Origin: Opitutales bacterium
GTDB taxonomy: Bacteria; Verrucomicrobiota; Verrucomicrobiia; Opitutales; UBA2987
DNA: 64,000 nucleotides
Assembly: GCA_965226885.1 (NCBI GenBank)
Contig: CBDDEL010000010.1
Location: 192,001 to 256,000, forward strand
Direction of reading: 5' to 3'
Shown here: positions 1 through 10,283 of the stretch, in pieces
Position numbering within the stretch: position 1 is the first letter of the stretch
Layout of the letters: every line of letters begins with the position of its first letter
Notes under the pieces: generated by a model
The model's database searches: none
What the model saw: only the letters and a program-made list of their open reading frames with translations
Told to the model about the DNA's origin: nothing
Translations under genes and position numbers: made by a program

Positions 1-392
1 TCGTCCAGTTCCAGCACATCACTACACTGGCGGGCAAGCAGAGTGGACTCCAGCTTCGGCAAACTCAGGACTTTTTTTTAATCCATTCGATGACCGTCTT
101 TGGGGCTACCCCGAAGGTACGGTAAATGGCACGCAGGCTCATCCGGTTTTGGTGCGCACGGAGCACCTGCTTGACCAGCGCCGGAGGATGCTCACGACTT
201 TTGGGGTGAAGCCGAAACTGATAACCACACCCCTTGCATCGATACTTCTGAACCCCTTTCGGATCCTTGCCGTGCTTGATGATGTGATCGCTTCCGCATT
301 GAGGACATTTTACTGTGATATGGACCATTCCCAGTTCACAACATAATCACGCTAAAAAGTACAGCTTAAACATTCAAAATGTTAACACTACC
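1..392 (-). mobile_element. IS1-family element type A (partial, runs off window), inserted in an IS1 type B copy
   Basis: Left end GGTAGTGTTAACATTTTG on the minus strand ends at 392. InsA ORF 65..328 (CPQC...CKGC zinc ribbon, HTH) is identical to 10582..10845. Sequence from 393 resumes the type B insB 3' part. Confidence 0.93.
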
Positions 393-489
393 CTTTTCCA
401 AGCTTAAGAGTATGCATGAAACCTGTCTGAGACTTTTCATTCATCAATATAATCAAGAATTAGCCACCATTCCTACTTAATACACTACC
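393..489 (+). mobile_element. 3' end of IS1-family element type B
   Basis: Matches the 3' end of the copy at 27263..28064 and ends ...CTTAATACACTACC at 489. Confidence 0.92.
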
Positions 490-496
490 GTCAGGT

Positions 497-1489
497 TTAC
501 CCCTCGGAGCTATCGCTTTTGTTTAAGAGGTGTTTGCTCTCCGTTATCTGCCAGAGGAGGATTGCGGGCAGGCCGGTCAGGATGCTGCGGGCGCGCACAA
601 TAAGTGCGAGGGCCAAACCGGTTTCGGGTGCGATCCCGAACAGGATGCTCAGAAGCATATAACTGCCCTCCTGCACCCCTAGGGCCCCCGGAATGATGAA
701 GGAGGCGTTGCGGACAGCCTGGGTAAGACCTTCGAGCACAATGGCCACAATGATACTGACCGGATTTTCCAGAAAATACATGATGATGACGATCTGTAGC
801 GCATTGGCCAGCAATCCGAGAAAGCGCCAGGAAAACCCGATAATAAGGTCCTTGCGGCGAGTATAGATAGAATCCAGCGCCCGGTCCAGCCCAGCAGCGT
901 TGCCAACGAGGGATTGCCCATCGCCTACCCCAACTTTGACAATGCTTTCGAGCTTGTGGGCCAGCCGGGTGAACAGATTAAGCCGTTGCGCCATATAAAA
1001 CCCGAGGATCAAGACCGAAAAAAAGGCTAATCCGATAACGGCGGCAAAGACTATTTCGTTTGGTCCCTTAACCAAAAAAAGGAGGAGTATACTGACAAAA
1101 CCAAAAACGGACTGGCAGACGATGGCCACGGTGACATCGGCGACGACGCTGGCAGCGGCCAGGGTTCCGGGCACGCCTTTGACCGAAAGCAGGCGAACGC
1201 GCACGTACTCACCGCCCACTTGCGCCACCGGCAGCAATGAGTTGACCGAACCGCAAATCCAGCGCAAGCGCAGCAGGGTGAGCAAGGAGGGCCGTTTATC
1301 CGGTGGCAAAAGACGCCGCCAGCATGCGGCGCTGGCAGCCAGGGGCAATACCTGGTAAAGGCAAACGGCCAGAAGGCCCCATCCAATATTCGTTGCGGCC
1401 GCAAAGACATTACCGGCCCCCTGATGAATAATGAGGCCGAGAACCACCAAAAATCCCAATATCCAAAAAAATAGCGCAGCCCTCTTCAT
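497..1489 (-). CDS. Lysylphosphatidylglycerol-synthase TM domain / HpnL-like flippase-type membrane protein
   Basis: Multi-TM protein with VNSLLPVAQVGGEYVR and IIPGALGVQEG motifs typical of the LPG_synthase_TM/HpnL family. Start moved to ATG 1489 (MKRAALFF). Confidence 0.78.
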   Translation of the reverse strand: MKRAALFFWILGFLVVLGLIIHQGAGNVFAAATNIGWGLLAVCLYQVLPLAASAACWRRLLPPDKRPSLLTLLRLRWICGSVNSLLPVAQVGGEYVRVRLLSVKGVPGTLAAASVVADVTVAIVCQSVFGFVSILLLFLVKGPNEIVFAAVIGLAFFSVLILGFYMAQRLNLFTRLAHKLESIVKVGVGDGQSLVGNAAGLDRALDSIYTRRKDLIIGFSWRFLGLLANALQIVIIMYFLENPVSIIVAIVLEGLTQAVRNASFIIPGALGVQEGSYMLLSILFGIAPETGLALALIVRARSILTGLPAILLWQITESKHLLNKSDSSEG

Positions 1490-1672
1490 AAAATTTAAGC
1501 GACGAGTTAAAATGGGCTTCCCTCCCCAGAGCAAGGTTTTGCTGTGGATATATTGAAAACTTCGAGCTGAAAAGACGGTCAATTCTGTCAGCGGGTTCCC
1601 GGCAAGGCCCACACGAACCGCTTGTTTGGGCTTGCTGTGCTTTCCTTCCCTCCGCTATCAAATTAGAAAACG

Positions 1673-2857
1673 ATGCAGGCCATACTCTATAAAGCAAAAA
1701 ACGAACCTTGGTTTCGGCTTGGCGGCATGACCCTGCTGGAGCGAAACTTGCGCTACCTGCAAGCCGAGGGCGTATCGCGGGCAACCGTTGTCCTGGCGAA
1801 GGGGGAAAATCTGCCTGCCTTAAGCATCCCGCGGCCGCTTCATCTTTGGCCGAATATCGAGTTCAGGGAAGATGGCATGACAAGTCTTGAGCAGGCCATG
1901 GCCAATTTTACCCTGTCCGATGGCGATGCCGTTTTCATCTACGATGCCAACACCCTGGTCGATCGAAGGGCTTTGGCGGCGCTCAAATCCTGGGATTCTA
2001 CTAGCCTGCTTTTGGATTTCGGGGACCAACCAATGATCGCCTGCCAACGCCCCGACAATCAAACCTTCGATCAGGCCAAGCGCATTTCCATCGGCCACAT
2101 TTCCCCTTATGCAGGCGATATTCGCGGAGATTATCCGGTTTTTATCCTCAAGGTGGGCGAAGAATCGCAGGTCGATGACGCCTGGAATATTTTAATCAAG
2201 CGTCAGCAGAAACGGCAGAATGATTTTATAGAAAAATACACCCACCCGCATATGCAGAACTGGATGGTGAAAAAAATTTGCGACACCGCCGTTACCCCCA
2301 ACCAGATATCGCTGCTTGTCATCGTCGTGGCAATTGCGGCCGCTTTTCTCTTTTATTACGGATTCTACTTTACTGCTTTCCTGGCGGCCTTCGCAGCCAC
2401 CGTTTTGGACGGCGTGGACGGCAAATTGGCGCGTGTCAAGCTGATGACTTCCAAGGTGGGAAAACTAGAGCATGTGTTCGATTATTTCTACGAAAACGCC
2501 TGGTATCTATGCCTGGCCGCCCACCTCGTAACGATGCAAGGTTTCATCGCCTGGAAAGTGGGAATCTCAGTCGTTCTCTTTGACACTCTGGACAAGATTC
2601 AAACGGCGTTATTTCAAAAAAAGGCCGGGCGAACCCTGGACGAAATGTCCGTATTCGACGAGCACTTCCGCCTCATCGGCTGCCGCCGCAGCATCTCCCT
2701 GTTCATCCTCCTTGCGCACTTCATCATTCTGGCCCCCTATGTCGGTTTAAAAACCGTCCTCGTATGGGCCGTCGCCACGGCAGCGATCCACGCAGGTCGA
2801 ATCGCCTGGCATCTCAACAAAAAACCCGAAAATCAAATCAAGCCTGACAAACGATAA
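1673..2857 (+). CDS. CDP-alcohol phosphatidyltransferase with degenerate N-terminal nucleotidyltransferase-like domain
   Basis: TPNQIS and DGVDGKLAR...G..E...D CDP-alcohol phosphotransferase signature in the hydrophobic C-half. N-half GGMTLLERNL resembles NTP-transferase. Confidence 0.8.
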   Translation: MQAILYKAKNEPWFRLGGMTLLERNLRYLQAEGVSRATVVLAKGENLPALSIPRPLHLWPNIEFREDGMTSLEQAMANFTLSDGDAVFIYDANTLVDRRALAALKSWDSTSLLLDFGDQPMIACQRPDNQTFDQAKRISIGHISPYAGDIRGDYPVFILKVGEESQVDDAWNILIKRQQKRQNDFIEKYTHPHMQNWMVKKICDTAVTPNQISLLVIVVAIAAAFLFYYGFYFTAFLAAFAATVLDGVDGKLARVKLMTSKVGKLEHVFDYFYENAWYLCLAAHLVTMQGFIAWKVGISVVLFDTLDKIQTALFQKKAGRTLDEMSVFDEHFRLIGCRRSISLFILLAHFIILAPYVGLKTVLVWAVATAAIHAGRIAWHLNKKPENQIKPDKR

Positions 2858-2884
2858 TTGGATTAAGCCAATTTTGTTAATCTA

Positions 2885-4701
2885 GAGGCTGTCCCAAAAG
2901 GGTGATTTTTGCGAGGGCTTTTGATAGGCGCTCATTTTAGAGGTATTTGCATTTGGGAGAGTATCAACTTTGCTCTCCTATGACGTTAGGATACTGGTTT
3001 TGGGGTCCGGTTGCCTGGTTTTCTTTGTATGAGCCGACAGTACGGCTGTGAAAAAGTATTGTCCTTGCTTTTCCGCTCTCTAGGCCGCCGCTTTGGTTTT
3101 TAGTTCGTCTTGCTGGGCCAGCATCTTGGCTACTTTCCATAGGTTGTGCGAGAGTACCGACCAGGCTACGCTGATCGAGCGGTTGGCAAAGCCTTTGCTG
3201 CGCAACCGCCCGGCCTGCCAGCGATTCTTCAATACCCCGATCCGCCCTTCGGTGCTGGCCCGGCGCTTTTGCAATTGTCTGAACAGTGGTTCCTCCATCC
3301 GTTTTTTCAACTGCTTCGGATCGCGTGGACAGAGCGCGTCGTAGATTCCCTCCTGGGCTAACTCCCAGCGGGCCCGCTGGGAGGCAAATCCCCGGTCCGC
3401 GCACATGGCCGCTATGGGTTCTTCCAGGTTGAAGCGGTTCTGTCTTTGCAAACTCTCTTGCATTTGTTCATTTTCGCTTGGAGTTCGGCTGCCGTAGAGT
3501 TTCCAGTCCAGCAGGTACCCTTCAACGCTTTCTCCCAAAAACAGGGTGTTGCCGAACTCGACCTCTTGGCCCGCTTTACCTCGCACAATCACCTGCCCAT
3601 CGAGTTCGTAAACACTCAAGACTTTCTCTGCGTTTTTCACCTGGCGGCCGCCAATGATCCGCTCGTGCGCCTGTTTGATGACCACCGGGATTTGCTCGCT
3701 CATGCGCTCCATCCGGGCGAGGATCTGTTGGACCTGTTTTTCGCTGTAATCGCTTTGCTCCCAGCAGGCTTGCAATAATTCCCGGTGACTGCGGGCATGC
3801 TCCCCGATCCGTTTGAGCAGCTTTTTCATCTGCCTCAAGATACCCTTGCGCTGCCGCGCGCTGTCCTTTCGCCGCCGGCTGTGGGTCATCTGTATGCACA
3901 GCCGATTCATCTGCCGAGCCAAGGGCTCCGGTTCGATCGGCATGCGATGGCGCAAACCGGCCTTCTCGCGGATCAGCCGGATCGCTTTGAGCAACGTGCC
4001 GGCTACATCCTTGAGTAATACCCAGTCCGTCGGCCAATGAATGTTAGCCTCCAAACAGGTGCCGTCGATCAGGCAAATGGTGGGGTCAATCGGCTTGTCC
4101 AATCCCACCTGCCGGGCCAGAAGGGCATCGCCCACCACCTCAGTCAAGGTCCGGTGCAAGGCCCTCAACTGCTCTTCGCTGAAAAACTTCGAGGCCCGCT
4201 CCAGGGTGCTTTTGGAGATGCCCCTGATGCCATCGATCTGCCGGACACGGCAAAAGTCGGCCAACAGATCGCTGCTGCCCAGAGCCCGCGACAAATGCCG
4301 AAACGAAATCCCTCCGAGCAGACGGCCCAGCGTATCCATGCGCAGTGCCTTGATGGCAAAACTGGCCCGCTGCCGCCGGGCCTTTAGACCCATTGGCGGC
4401 CACCCCTCCAAGGCCAGCTCAATGGCCTGCGATTCCACCTCCGAGTCGATCAGCAGCCGATCGATTCGATCAATGGTGGCGCGGAAGTTATCGTAATCGA
4501 GGCACCGGTCGACCACAGTTAAAGCTGGACGCAGGAGGCATTGGATGGCTATATTTTTCATAGAAAGGGCTATATTGATTTTCGCTAACTCAATTATAGA
4601 ACCCTTTTTTGGCCGGATCGAGCAAAAACTTGCTCTTTCCGGCTCTTTTTATCAACGTCATCCAGTTGACTATAAAATCTTTATATTTTTGGGACAGCCT
4701 C
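2885..4701 (-). mobile_element. IS5-like/ISNCY DDE insertion sequence, 1817 bp
   Basis: Perfect 15-bp terminal IR GAGGCTGTCCCAAAA (2885-2899 / 4687-4701), flanked by 7-bp direct repeat TAATCTA (2878-2884, 4702-4708). Confidence 0.9.
3080..4561 (-). CDS. DDE transposase (IS5-like/ISNCY)
   Basis: 493 aa with IDGTCLEANIHWPTD, GKAGQEVEFG, ADRGF and RRASTEGRIG motifs. Confidence 0.88.
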   Translation of the reverse strand: MKNIAIQCLLRPALTVVDRCLDYDNFRATIDRIDRLLIDSEVESQAIELALEGWPPMGLKARRQRASFAIKALRMDTLGRLLGGISFRHLSRALGSSDLLADFCRVRQIDGIRGISKSTLERASKFFSEEQLRALHRTLTEVVGDALLARQVGLDKPIDPTICLIDGTCLEANIHWPTDWVLLKDVAGTLLKAIRLIREKAGLRHRMPIEPEPLARQMNRLCIQMTHSRRRKDSARQRKGILRQMKKLLKRIGEHARSHRELLQACWEQSDYSEKQVQQILARMERMSEQIPVVIKQAHERIIGGRQVKNAEKVLSVYELDGQVIVRGKAGQEVEFGNTLFLGESVEGYLLDWKLYGSRTPSENEQMQESLQRQNRFNLEEPIAAMCADRGFASQRARWELAQEGIYDALCPRDPKQLKKRMEEPLFRQLQKRRASTEGRIGVLKNRWQAGRLRSKGFANRSISVAWSVLSHNLWKVAKMLAQQDELKTKAAA

Positions 4702-4748
4702 TAATCTACAAATTACTATAGAGTAAACTCGATATTGGAGGCATCATC

Positions 4749-5144
4749 ATGGAAGTTGAAAGAATCATCGCGATAGTATTTTCCCACCTTATGTTTATCC
4801 TCGGGTTGTCCGAACTCATTCAGGCCAAAACCTGGACCCGCTATACTGAAGAATTTCTCAAGTCCGAGCATTTCGCCATCATACTGACCCTTACCTGGCT
4901 GCCCTTCGGACTAGTCATTGTCAACGGACACAACATCTGGGTCATGGGGCCGCCTGTCATTATCACAATTTTGGGCTGGGTAATGGTGATAAAATGCGCT
5001 CTCTACCTGCTGGTTCCACAAGCCATGCTCGGCCTGGCCAAAAAAATGAGGCCAGCCTACCCAACATTATTCAGAATTTCCGGCGTGGGTCAGATCATTT
5101 TTGGAACTTTCGTCATGCTCGACACCTACAATCGATACGGCTGA
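4749..5144 (+). CDS. Small hypothetical 4-TM membrane protein
   Basis: 131-aa hydrophobic ORF preceded by a GGAGG RBS. Confidence 0.75.
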   Translation: MEVERIIAIVFSHLMFILGLSELIQAKTWTRYTEEFLKSEHFAIILTLTWLPFGLVIVNGHNIWVMGPPVIITILGWVMVIKCALYLLVPQAMLGLAKKMRPAYPTLFRISGVGQIIFGTFVMLDTYNRYG

Positions 5145-5167
5145 AATTAAGCGATTCAGCCTTTATT
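5139..5167. terminator. Hairpin between convergent genes, possible terminator
   Basis: GGCTGAA(5139-5145)...TTCAGCC(5155-5161) followed by TTTATT. Overlaps both stop codons. Confidence 0.35.
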
Positions 5168-6433
5168 AAAATGCATTCCGATGGCAACGGTTATGGTTTC
5201 GCATACGAATCCGCAAAAAAGCGCTGCTACTCCGATTGTAGCGCCGGACAATCCAGTGTATGGCAACAATATTAAAGCGAGCAATATCGCGATAATCCGG
5301 GAGGGTCCGCTTGGGGCCAGGAATTTTGTTTGGCGTTTCTTTAGCGCGACGCCGTGAAAATAAGATCGGGTGGCAACCACGATGGGGAATAAGGCAAAAA
5401 TGATTAACGGCATCATACAGCCATCTACAATATTGCCACTTAATGCCATCAAATCTATGAGGATGAATTCCCTAACCGGGGTCCAAAAGGCAAGGGCCAT
5501 TGAGCTGAATGAAATCAGTCCGCATAGACAGATGAATTTTTTGATTTGCGACAAACTGTTGGGCTCATTTTTAAAAGCGGAGGCCAAACTGCGAAGCTCG
5601 TTCAGCCACCCATAAGGAATATGACCGAGGGAATAAACAACGGCTAGGACAGCCATCGCTTCAACCCCGTCCGGCCCGCGGGAAATAAAGAGATTGACCG
5701 TTGGCCGGCTGATTCCTTGAACGCTCATGGTCAAAGCCAAGGGCCAAAAAAAGCGCAAGATATAGCCATAGGAAAGTTTCCTTTCCGCTTCCATAAAGAG
5801 CTGTTTTGGTGAAAATCGAAGATTGCCAAGATACGTTACTATAAGATGTGAACAAGCGCCCGTATAAGTTGCCAGGATCGGCAGATGTATCGGGTTATTC
5901 CGTATAAATTCGACTTTAAGCGATATGAGCACGGTTAGAATGCTGACCCCAATTCCGATAAACGTTGCCAGAGCAGTAACCTCAGTGCGATGAGCGCGAA
6001 GGAGTAAACCGGAATAAAAACGGATCAACCCCTCAATAAACGGGTAGGGGATGAAACATAGAAAAACATACCGTATGATTGAGGTCAGGCCGACATCCAG
6101 CCGATGTAAATTTTGGATAAACAGGACGCCCAGAGGAGTAAGCGCCAAAAGGGCCAGAACAGCCCCCATGAGGCAGCAGCCGATCAAAACAAAGTTTAGA
6201 ATTTTCCCTTTTGATTGATGATTTGAACCGAGGACCAAAACGAGCTGGTTCAACTGGCCAAAAGGACTGATAATGAACGCAGTTAGTATCCAGGCAATTC
6301 CAAAACCGGCCAGCGTTTGGGCCGCATTCGGCAAGCGCGCCATGCCGCTATTAACAATCGGTCCCCCCAATTCATAAATCACCAATGTTAGAAATAACGG
6401 AAATATAAAGCGTGTGAAACGACTGTAGAGCAT
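5156..6433 (-). CDS. ANKH-family (MOP/MATE superfamily) membrane exporter homolog
   Basis: About 12 hydrophobic segments. Motifs FFWPLAL..QGISRPTVNLFISR, GHIPYGWLNELR, IKKF...FWTP, LAPSGPSRII and LPYTGLSGATIGV closely parallel the vertebrate ANK sequence as recalled. Confidence 0.8.
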   Translation of the reverse strand: MLYSRFTRFIFPLFLTLVIYELGGPIVNSGMARLPNAAQTLAGFGIAWILTAFIISPFGQLNQLVLVLGSNHQSKGKILNFVLIGCCLMGAVLALLALTPLGVLFIQNLHRLDVGLTSIIRYVFLCFIPYPFIEGLIRFYSGLLLRAHRTEVTALATFIGIGVSILTVLISLKVEFIRNNPIHLPILATYTGACSHLIVTYLGNLRFSPKQLFMEAERKLSYGYILRFFWPLALTMSVQGISRPTVNLFISRGPDGVEAMAVLAVVYSLGHIPYGWLNELRSLASAFKNEPNSLSQIKKFICLCGLISFSSMALAFWTPVREFILIDLMALSGNIVDGCMMPLIIFALFPIVVATRSYFHGVALKKRQTKFLAPSGPSRIIAILLALILLPYTGLSGATIGVAALFCGFVCETITVAIGMHFNKG

Positions 6434-6525
6434 TTCAAATCAATTGCTCACATTTCCTTAAACCAACGTTTACATGCATTTACTGTTGTATTGTCTGGTT
6501 GGTTCGATTTCACCTAAAAATTTAG

Positions 6526-9500
6526 TCATGCGACTTCTTCGGCGGAACCGGTATCTTTGTTGAAGCGCATGGATACAAGTTTGGAGATGCCTTTTTCCTG
6601 CATGGTTACTCCGTAAATGCTGTCGGCAGATGCGATGGTGCGCTTGTTGTGCGTTATGATAATGAACTGGGAGTATTTGGTGAAATTCTGCAGCATGGCC
6701 ACAAAGCGCCCGATGTTGGCGTCGTCGAGAGGCGCATCAAGTTCGTCGAGCATGCAAAAGGGGCTTGGCTTTACCATGTAAATGGCAAATAGAAGGGCCA
6801 CCGCAGTCATCGTTTTCTGGCCGCCGCTGAGTAAGGCTAATGTTTTTAAGCGGGTGCCGGGCGGACGGGCGATAATGTCGATGCCGGATTCCAGAACATC
6901 CTCTTTATCGATTAATTGGAGGTCGGCATAACCGCCCCCGAAAAGAGCGTCGAAGGTATAGGCGAAATTTTTCCGCACCTGGGCAAAGGTATCTTCAAAT
7001 AAACTCTGCGAGGTTTGGTTGATTTTGTCGATCGCCTCCAGCAATTGATCTTTTGACTTCCACAAATCGTCGCTTTGTTCCTTTAAAAATTCGTGCCGTT
7101 CTTTTAATTCCCGATACTCCTCGATCGCTATCAGGTTGACCGGCCCCATCGAAGCGAGTCTCCCGCGTAGGACCTCGACCTCCTTCGTAATTTCATTCCA
7201 ATCGGTGTCATCCAAAGCTTGCAGATCTTCCGTGGAGGGCTCGGCCAACTGCTTTTCTTCCTCCACTTTTTCCAGTGCGTCGGCCTCGTCCAGATCCAGC
7301 CGAACGCGCTGACGGGCCAGTTCACCGGCCTGCCAAAGTTCGTTTTTCCAGTCGACGTTAGGCAGTTCGACCTGATACTCGCGGCGCGCCTCATCGAGCA
7401 AAAAAGAAATCTCGGAATTTTCACGAGCCAGGCGAACTTCATGGCGGTTCAAGGCGCCCTCAGCTGCCCGGTGCTCCTCCCGCTGCAATGCGAGGGCTTC
7501 CTCCCCGGTCTTGATTTCATTTTCCGCCGCAAAATAGGTGAGCCGATTTTTCTCTAACGACTCTTTGGCCGCGTCAAGGGTTTTTTCGATTTCATGGACT
7601 TTGGCCGCCTCATCTTCGGACGTTTTTTCAAGGGCGGCGATCTGCTCTCCAAGAGTGTCGATCTCCTGCTCCCGGCTGATCTTCAATTGCGACAGCTCTG
7701 CGGACTGGCTTTCTATTTCTCCCAAATCACGGTCGATCAGCGCCAATCGCTGCCGCAATTCGGCCACTTCCAAACGGGCTTCGGCGAGACTCTCCCGTTT
7801 TTGGTCGCGTTTCTCCCGAAGTTTTTCCACATCGCTTTCCCCCGTGGTGATTTTCTCCCGCAGGCCGTCGATCTGTGCTTCGCCGCCGGCCAACTCCTTT
7901 TGCGCTTTTTCCAGCCTACTTTGAGAATCGTCCCGATGACGTTCCAGGGCAACCAGTTCTTTCTCCGAAAACTGCGATTTTCGCTTATTTTCCTCGATGT
8001 TTTCGATCGTATTTTTCTCCTGGGCCTGGGCGGCGGAAATTTCCTGAATTGTTTCCATCAACCGGGAGCGGTGGATTTCCACGGCCTCTTCGTCCTTTTC
8101 CAGTTTTTCCAGCGCCTTGTCGGATTTGAGGCGCAAACCCTCCAGCTTTTTCTCTTCTTTGTTTTCCGCTTTTTTCAATTTGGCCAATTCCGCCTTGCGT
8201 TGGAGGTAGGTAGCCGATTCGGCCCGCTTATGTCCGCCATAGACAAGCCCCCGGCGATCGACAAGCTGGCCGCTCTTGGTGGCTGCCAGGAGAAAAGGGA
8301 AGTTCGGGTTTTTACTCCAAAAAGCGAGGAAATCGCCCAGGTTGTCGCAAAAATAGCAGTCCGTAAAAAGACTGTCTGCCAGCGGGCCATCGGAGTTGTT
8401 TTTGGTTTTAACAACCGATCCCGCCGGAATCAGCCAGGAGGGTAGTTTTCCCCTCCCTTTTTGTTCTCGCGGGGCCGGTGGGGCCGTGGGAGCGATTTGC
8501 AGGCAGGCCCGCCCCAGTTTGCGCGATTCCAGCGCTTCCGTTACCGGGACCGCTTTCCCCGAATCGCCAAGCACGATGGTATCCACCGCCGGCCCCAGCA
8601 AGGCAACCAGAGCTTCCGTATAATCGCTCTCCACATTCAGGTTTTTGCTCAGTAGATGAAATGCATCTTCAGGCAGCAGACCGTCCAATTTCCCCTGCAA
8701 TATGGCTTTGGCGCCCTCGCTGAAGCCCTCCAGTTTTTCCTGCAGATCGTGAAGGATGTTTATCCGGGCCGAAATGCCGGCCAATCCACGATCCGCCTCC
8801 TGGATTTCTCCCTGTAATTCCCGAAATTTTTCCTGGGCGACAGCCGCATTTTCCCGCAGTTTTTCCAACTGCGAGTTTTCCTTTTCCCTGTCCTTTTTTC
8901 GTTTTTTAAGAACGGCCTGGATTTCCCCGGATTCTTTTTCCAGCAAGAGGCTTTCCTCCTTCAAACGATAAACTTCTTCGCTCAGGTTGGCGTGGCGCAC
9001 CTGGTAGGTTTTCATATCTACCTCCAGGGTCGTGCAGTTGGAACGCAGGCGGGTGAGGCCGCTCTCGGCCATTAGCAAATCCTGCTTGCATTGCTGTAGC
9101 TCTGCCTCTGACTGGCTGAGCCTTTCCTGCGACTGCATCAGCTCGTTATTGCGCTCCTTGAAGACGTCGTCGGAACTTCCCAATACACTGGCCTGGTCCT
9201 CCCTCTGGCGATTGTCCCCCACAGCCCGTTGGGCCAGGTTTTTTTTGCGTTCGGCTATGTTGGCCAGTTCCTTTTCCAGTTCGACAATGCGGTCCTGCAA
9301 ATCCTTGGCCCGCAAAAGGGCAAATTCTGACTGGTTCTGGGCCTGCTCCCTTTTCGAGGAAAGATTGAAAACGGTCTGCTGCGTCTCCTGCAAGTCATCA
9401 TAGAGGGCGCTCCGCCGGTCCTTTTTTTCAGCCAATTCCTTTTCCCTCCCCTCCATATTGGTGCCGAGAGCTTGCGCTTTTTTACGAAGACCGGCGGCCT

Positions 9501-10239
9501 CCGTCTCCAAACCGGTGATGGACTCGTTCAAACCGCTGTATTTGCGGGCTCCCGAGGCCAGATCGAGGTGAGTCAGGCGGCTTTTGAACCGCTGGTAGCG
9601 CAATGCCTTGGAAGCCTGCCGTTTGAGGGAGCCGATTTGCCGGGAAATCTCCTCCATGACATCGGTCACACGAGCCAGGTTGGTATCGACCAGGGCCAGC
9701 TTGTTGAGGGCCTCGCGCCGCTGGGCCTTGTATTTGGAAATACCGGCGGCCTCCTCGAAAATGGTGCGCCGTTCGGCCGGATTGGTGGAAAGAATCTGGT
9801 CGATTTGCCCCTGCAGCATGAAAGAGTAGGAAACCTGCCCTATGCCCGTATCGAGGAAAAGACGCTGGATGTCTTTCAGGCGGCAGTTCTTACCGTTGAG
9901 GTAATAATCGCTGCCGCCATCGCGCGTCACCCGGCGCTTGATTTCGACTTCGTTGAAGGCGGTGCCCAGTTCCGCCTCGCAATCGGAAAAAACCAGGGAA
10001 ACCTCGCTCAGGTTGACCGGTTTGCGCGCGTCGGTTCCCTGAAAAATGACATCCTGCATGCTGCCTGCCCGCAAGGATTTGGCGCTCTGCTCTCCCAGCA
10101 CCCAGCGGATGGCCTCGGCGATATTGCTCTTGCCGCAGCCATTGGGCCCCACGATGGCGGTCACCCCATCGTCCAAGGAGATCCTCGTGGTATCGGCGAA
10201 GCTCTTAAAGCCGTTTAAGCGAATGTCCTTTAAATACAT
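6526..10239 (-). CDS. smc: Chromosome segregation protein SMC
   Basis: 1237 aa. N-terminal GFKSF, Walker [10 protein letters not shown], long coiled coils with hinge, signature LSGGQ, Walker [11 protein letters not shown]. Confidence 0.97.
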   Translation of the reverse strand: MYLKDIRLNGFKSFADTTRISLDDGVTAIVGPNGCGKSNIAEAIRWVLGEQSAKSLRAGSMQDVIFQGTDARKPVNLSEVSLVFSDCEAELGTAFNEVEIKRRVTRDGGSDYYLNGKNCRLKDIQRLFLDTGIGQVSYSFMLQGQIDQILSTNPAERRTIFEEAAGISKYKAQRREALNKLALVDTNLARVTDVMEEISRQIGSLKRQASKALRYQRFKSRLTHLDLASGARKYSGLNESITGLETEAAGLRKKAQALGTNMEGREKELAEKKDRRSALYDDLQETQQTVFNLSSKREQAQNQSEFALLRAKDLQDRIVELEKELANIAERKKNLAQRAVGDNRQREDQASVLGSSDDVFKERNNELMQSQERLSQSEAELQQCKQDLLMAESGLTRLRSNCTTLEVDMKTYQVRHANLSEEVYRLKEESLLLEKESGEIQAVLKKRKKDREKENSQLEKLRENAAVAQEKFRELQGEIQEADRGLAGISARINILHDLQEKLEGFSEGAKAILQGKLDGLLPEDAFHLLSKNLNVESDYTEALVALLGPAVDTIVLGDSGKAVPVTEALESRKLGRACLQIAPTAPPAPREQKGRGKLPSWLIPAGSVVKTKNNSDGPLADSLFTDCYFCDNLGDFLAFWSKNPNFPFLLAATKSGQLVDRRGLVYGGHKRAESATYLQRKAELAKLKKAENKEEKKLEGLRLKSDKALEKLEKDEEAVEIHRSRLMETIQEISAAQAQEKNTIENIEENKRKSQFSEKELVALERHRDDSQSRLEKAQKELAGGEAQIDGLREKITTGESDVEKLREKRDQKRESLAEARLEVAELRQRLALIDRDLGEIESQSAELSQLKISREQEIDTLGEQIAALEKTSEDEAAKVHEIEKTLDAAKESLEKNRLTYFAAENEIKTGEEALALQREEHRAAEGALNRHEVRLARENSEISFLLDEARREYQVELPNVDWKNELWQAGELARQRVRLDLDEADALEKVEEEKQLAEPSTEDLQALDDTDWNEITKEVEVLRGRLASMGPVNLIAIEEYRELKERHEFLKEQSDDLWKSKDQLLEAIDKINQTSQSLFEDTFAQVRKNFAYTFDALFGGGYADLQLIDKEDVLESGIDIIARPPGTRLKTLALLSGGQKTMTAVALLFAIYMVKPSPFCMLDELDAPLDDANIGRFVAMLQNFTKYSQFIIITHNKRTIASADSIYGVTMQEKGISKLVSMRFNKDTGSAEEVA

Positions 10240-10283
10240 TTATTTTTTGAATAACGGGTAAAGATGTTTGAGGTAAAAAATAT

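Noticed and set aside
6526..10239. SMC as part of a Wadjet/MksBEF or other defence system
   Set aside because: Canonical housekeeping SMC sequence with no jet/mks partner genes nearby.
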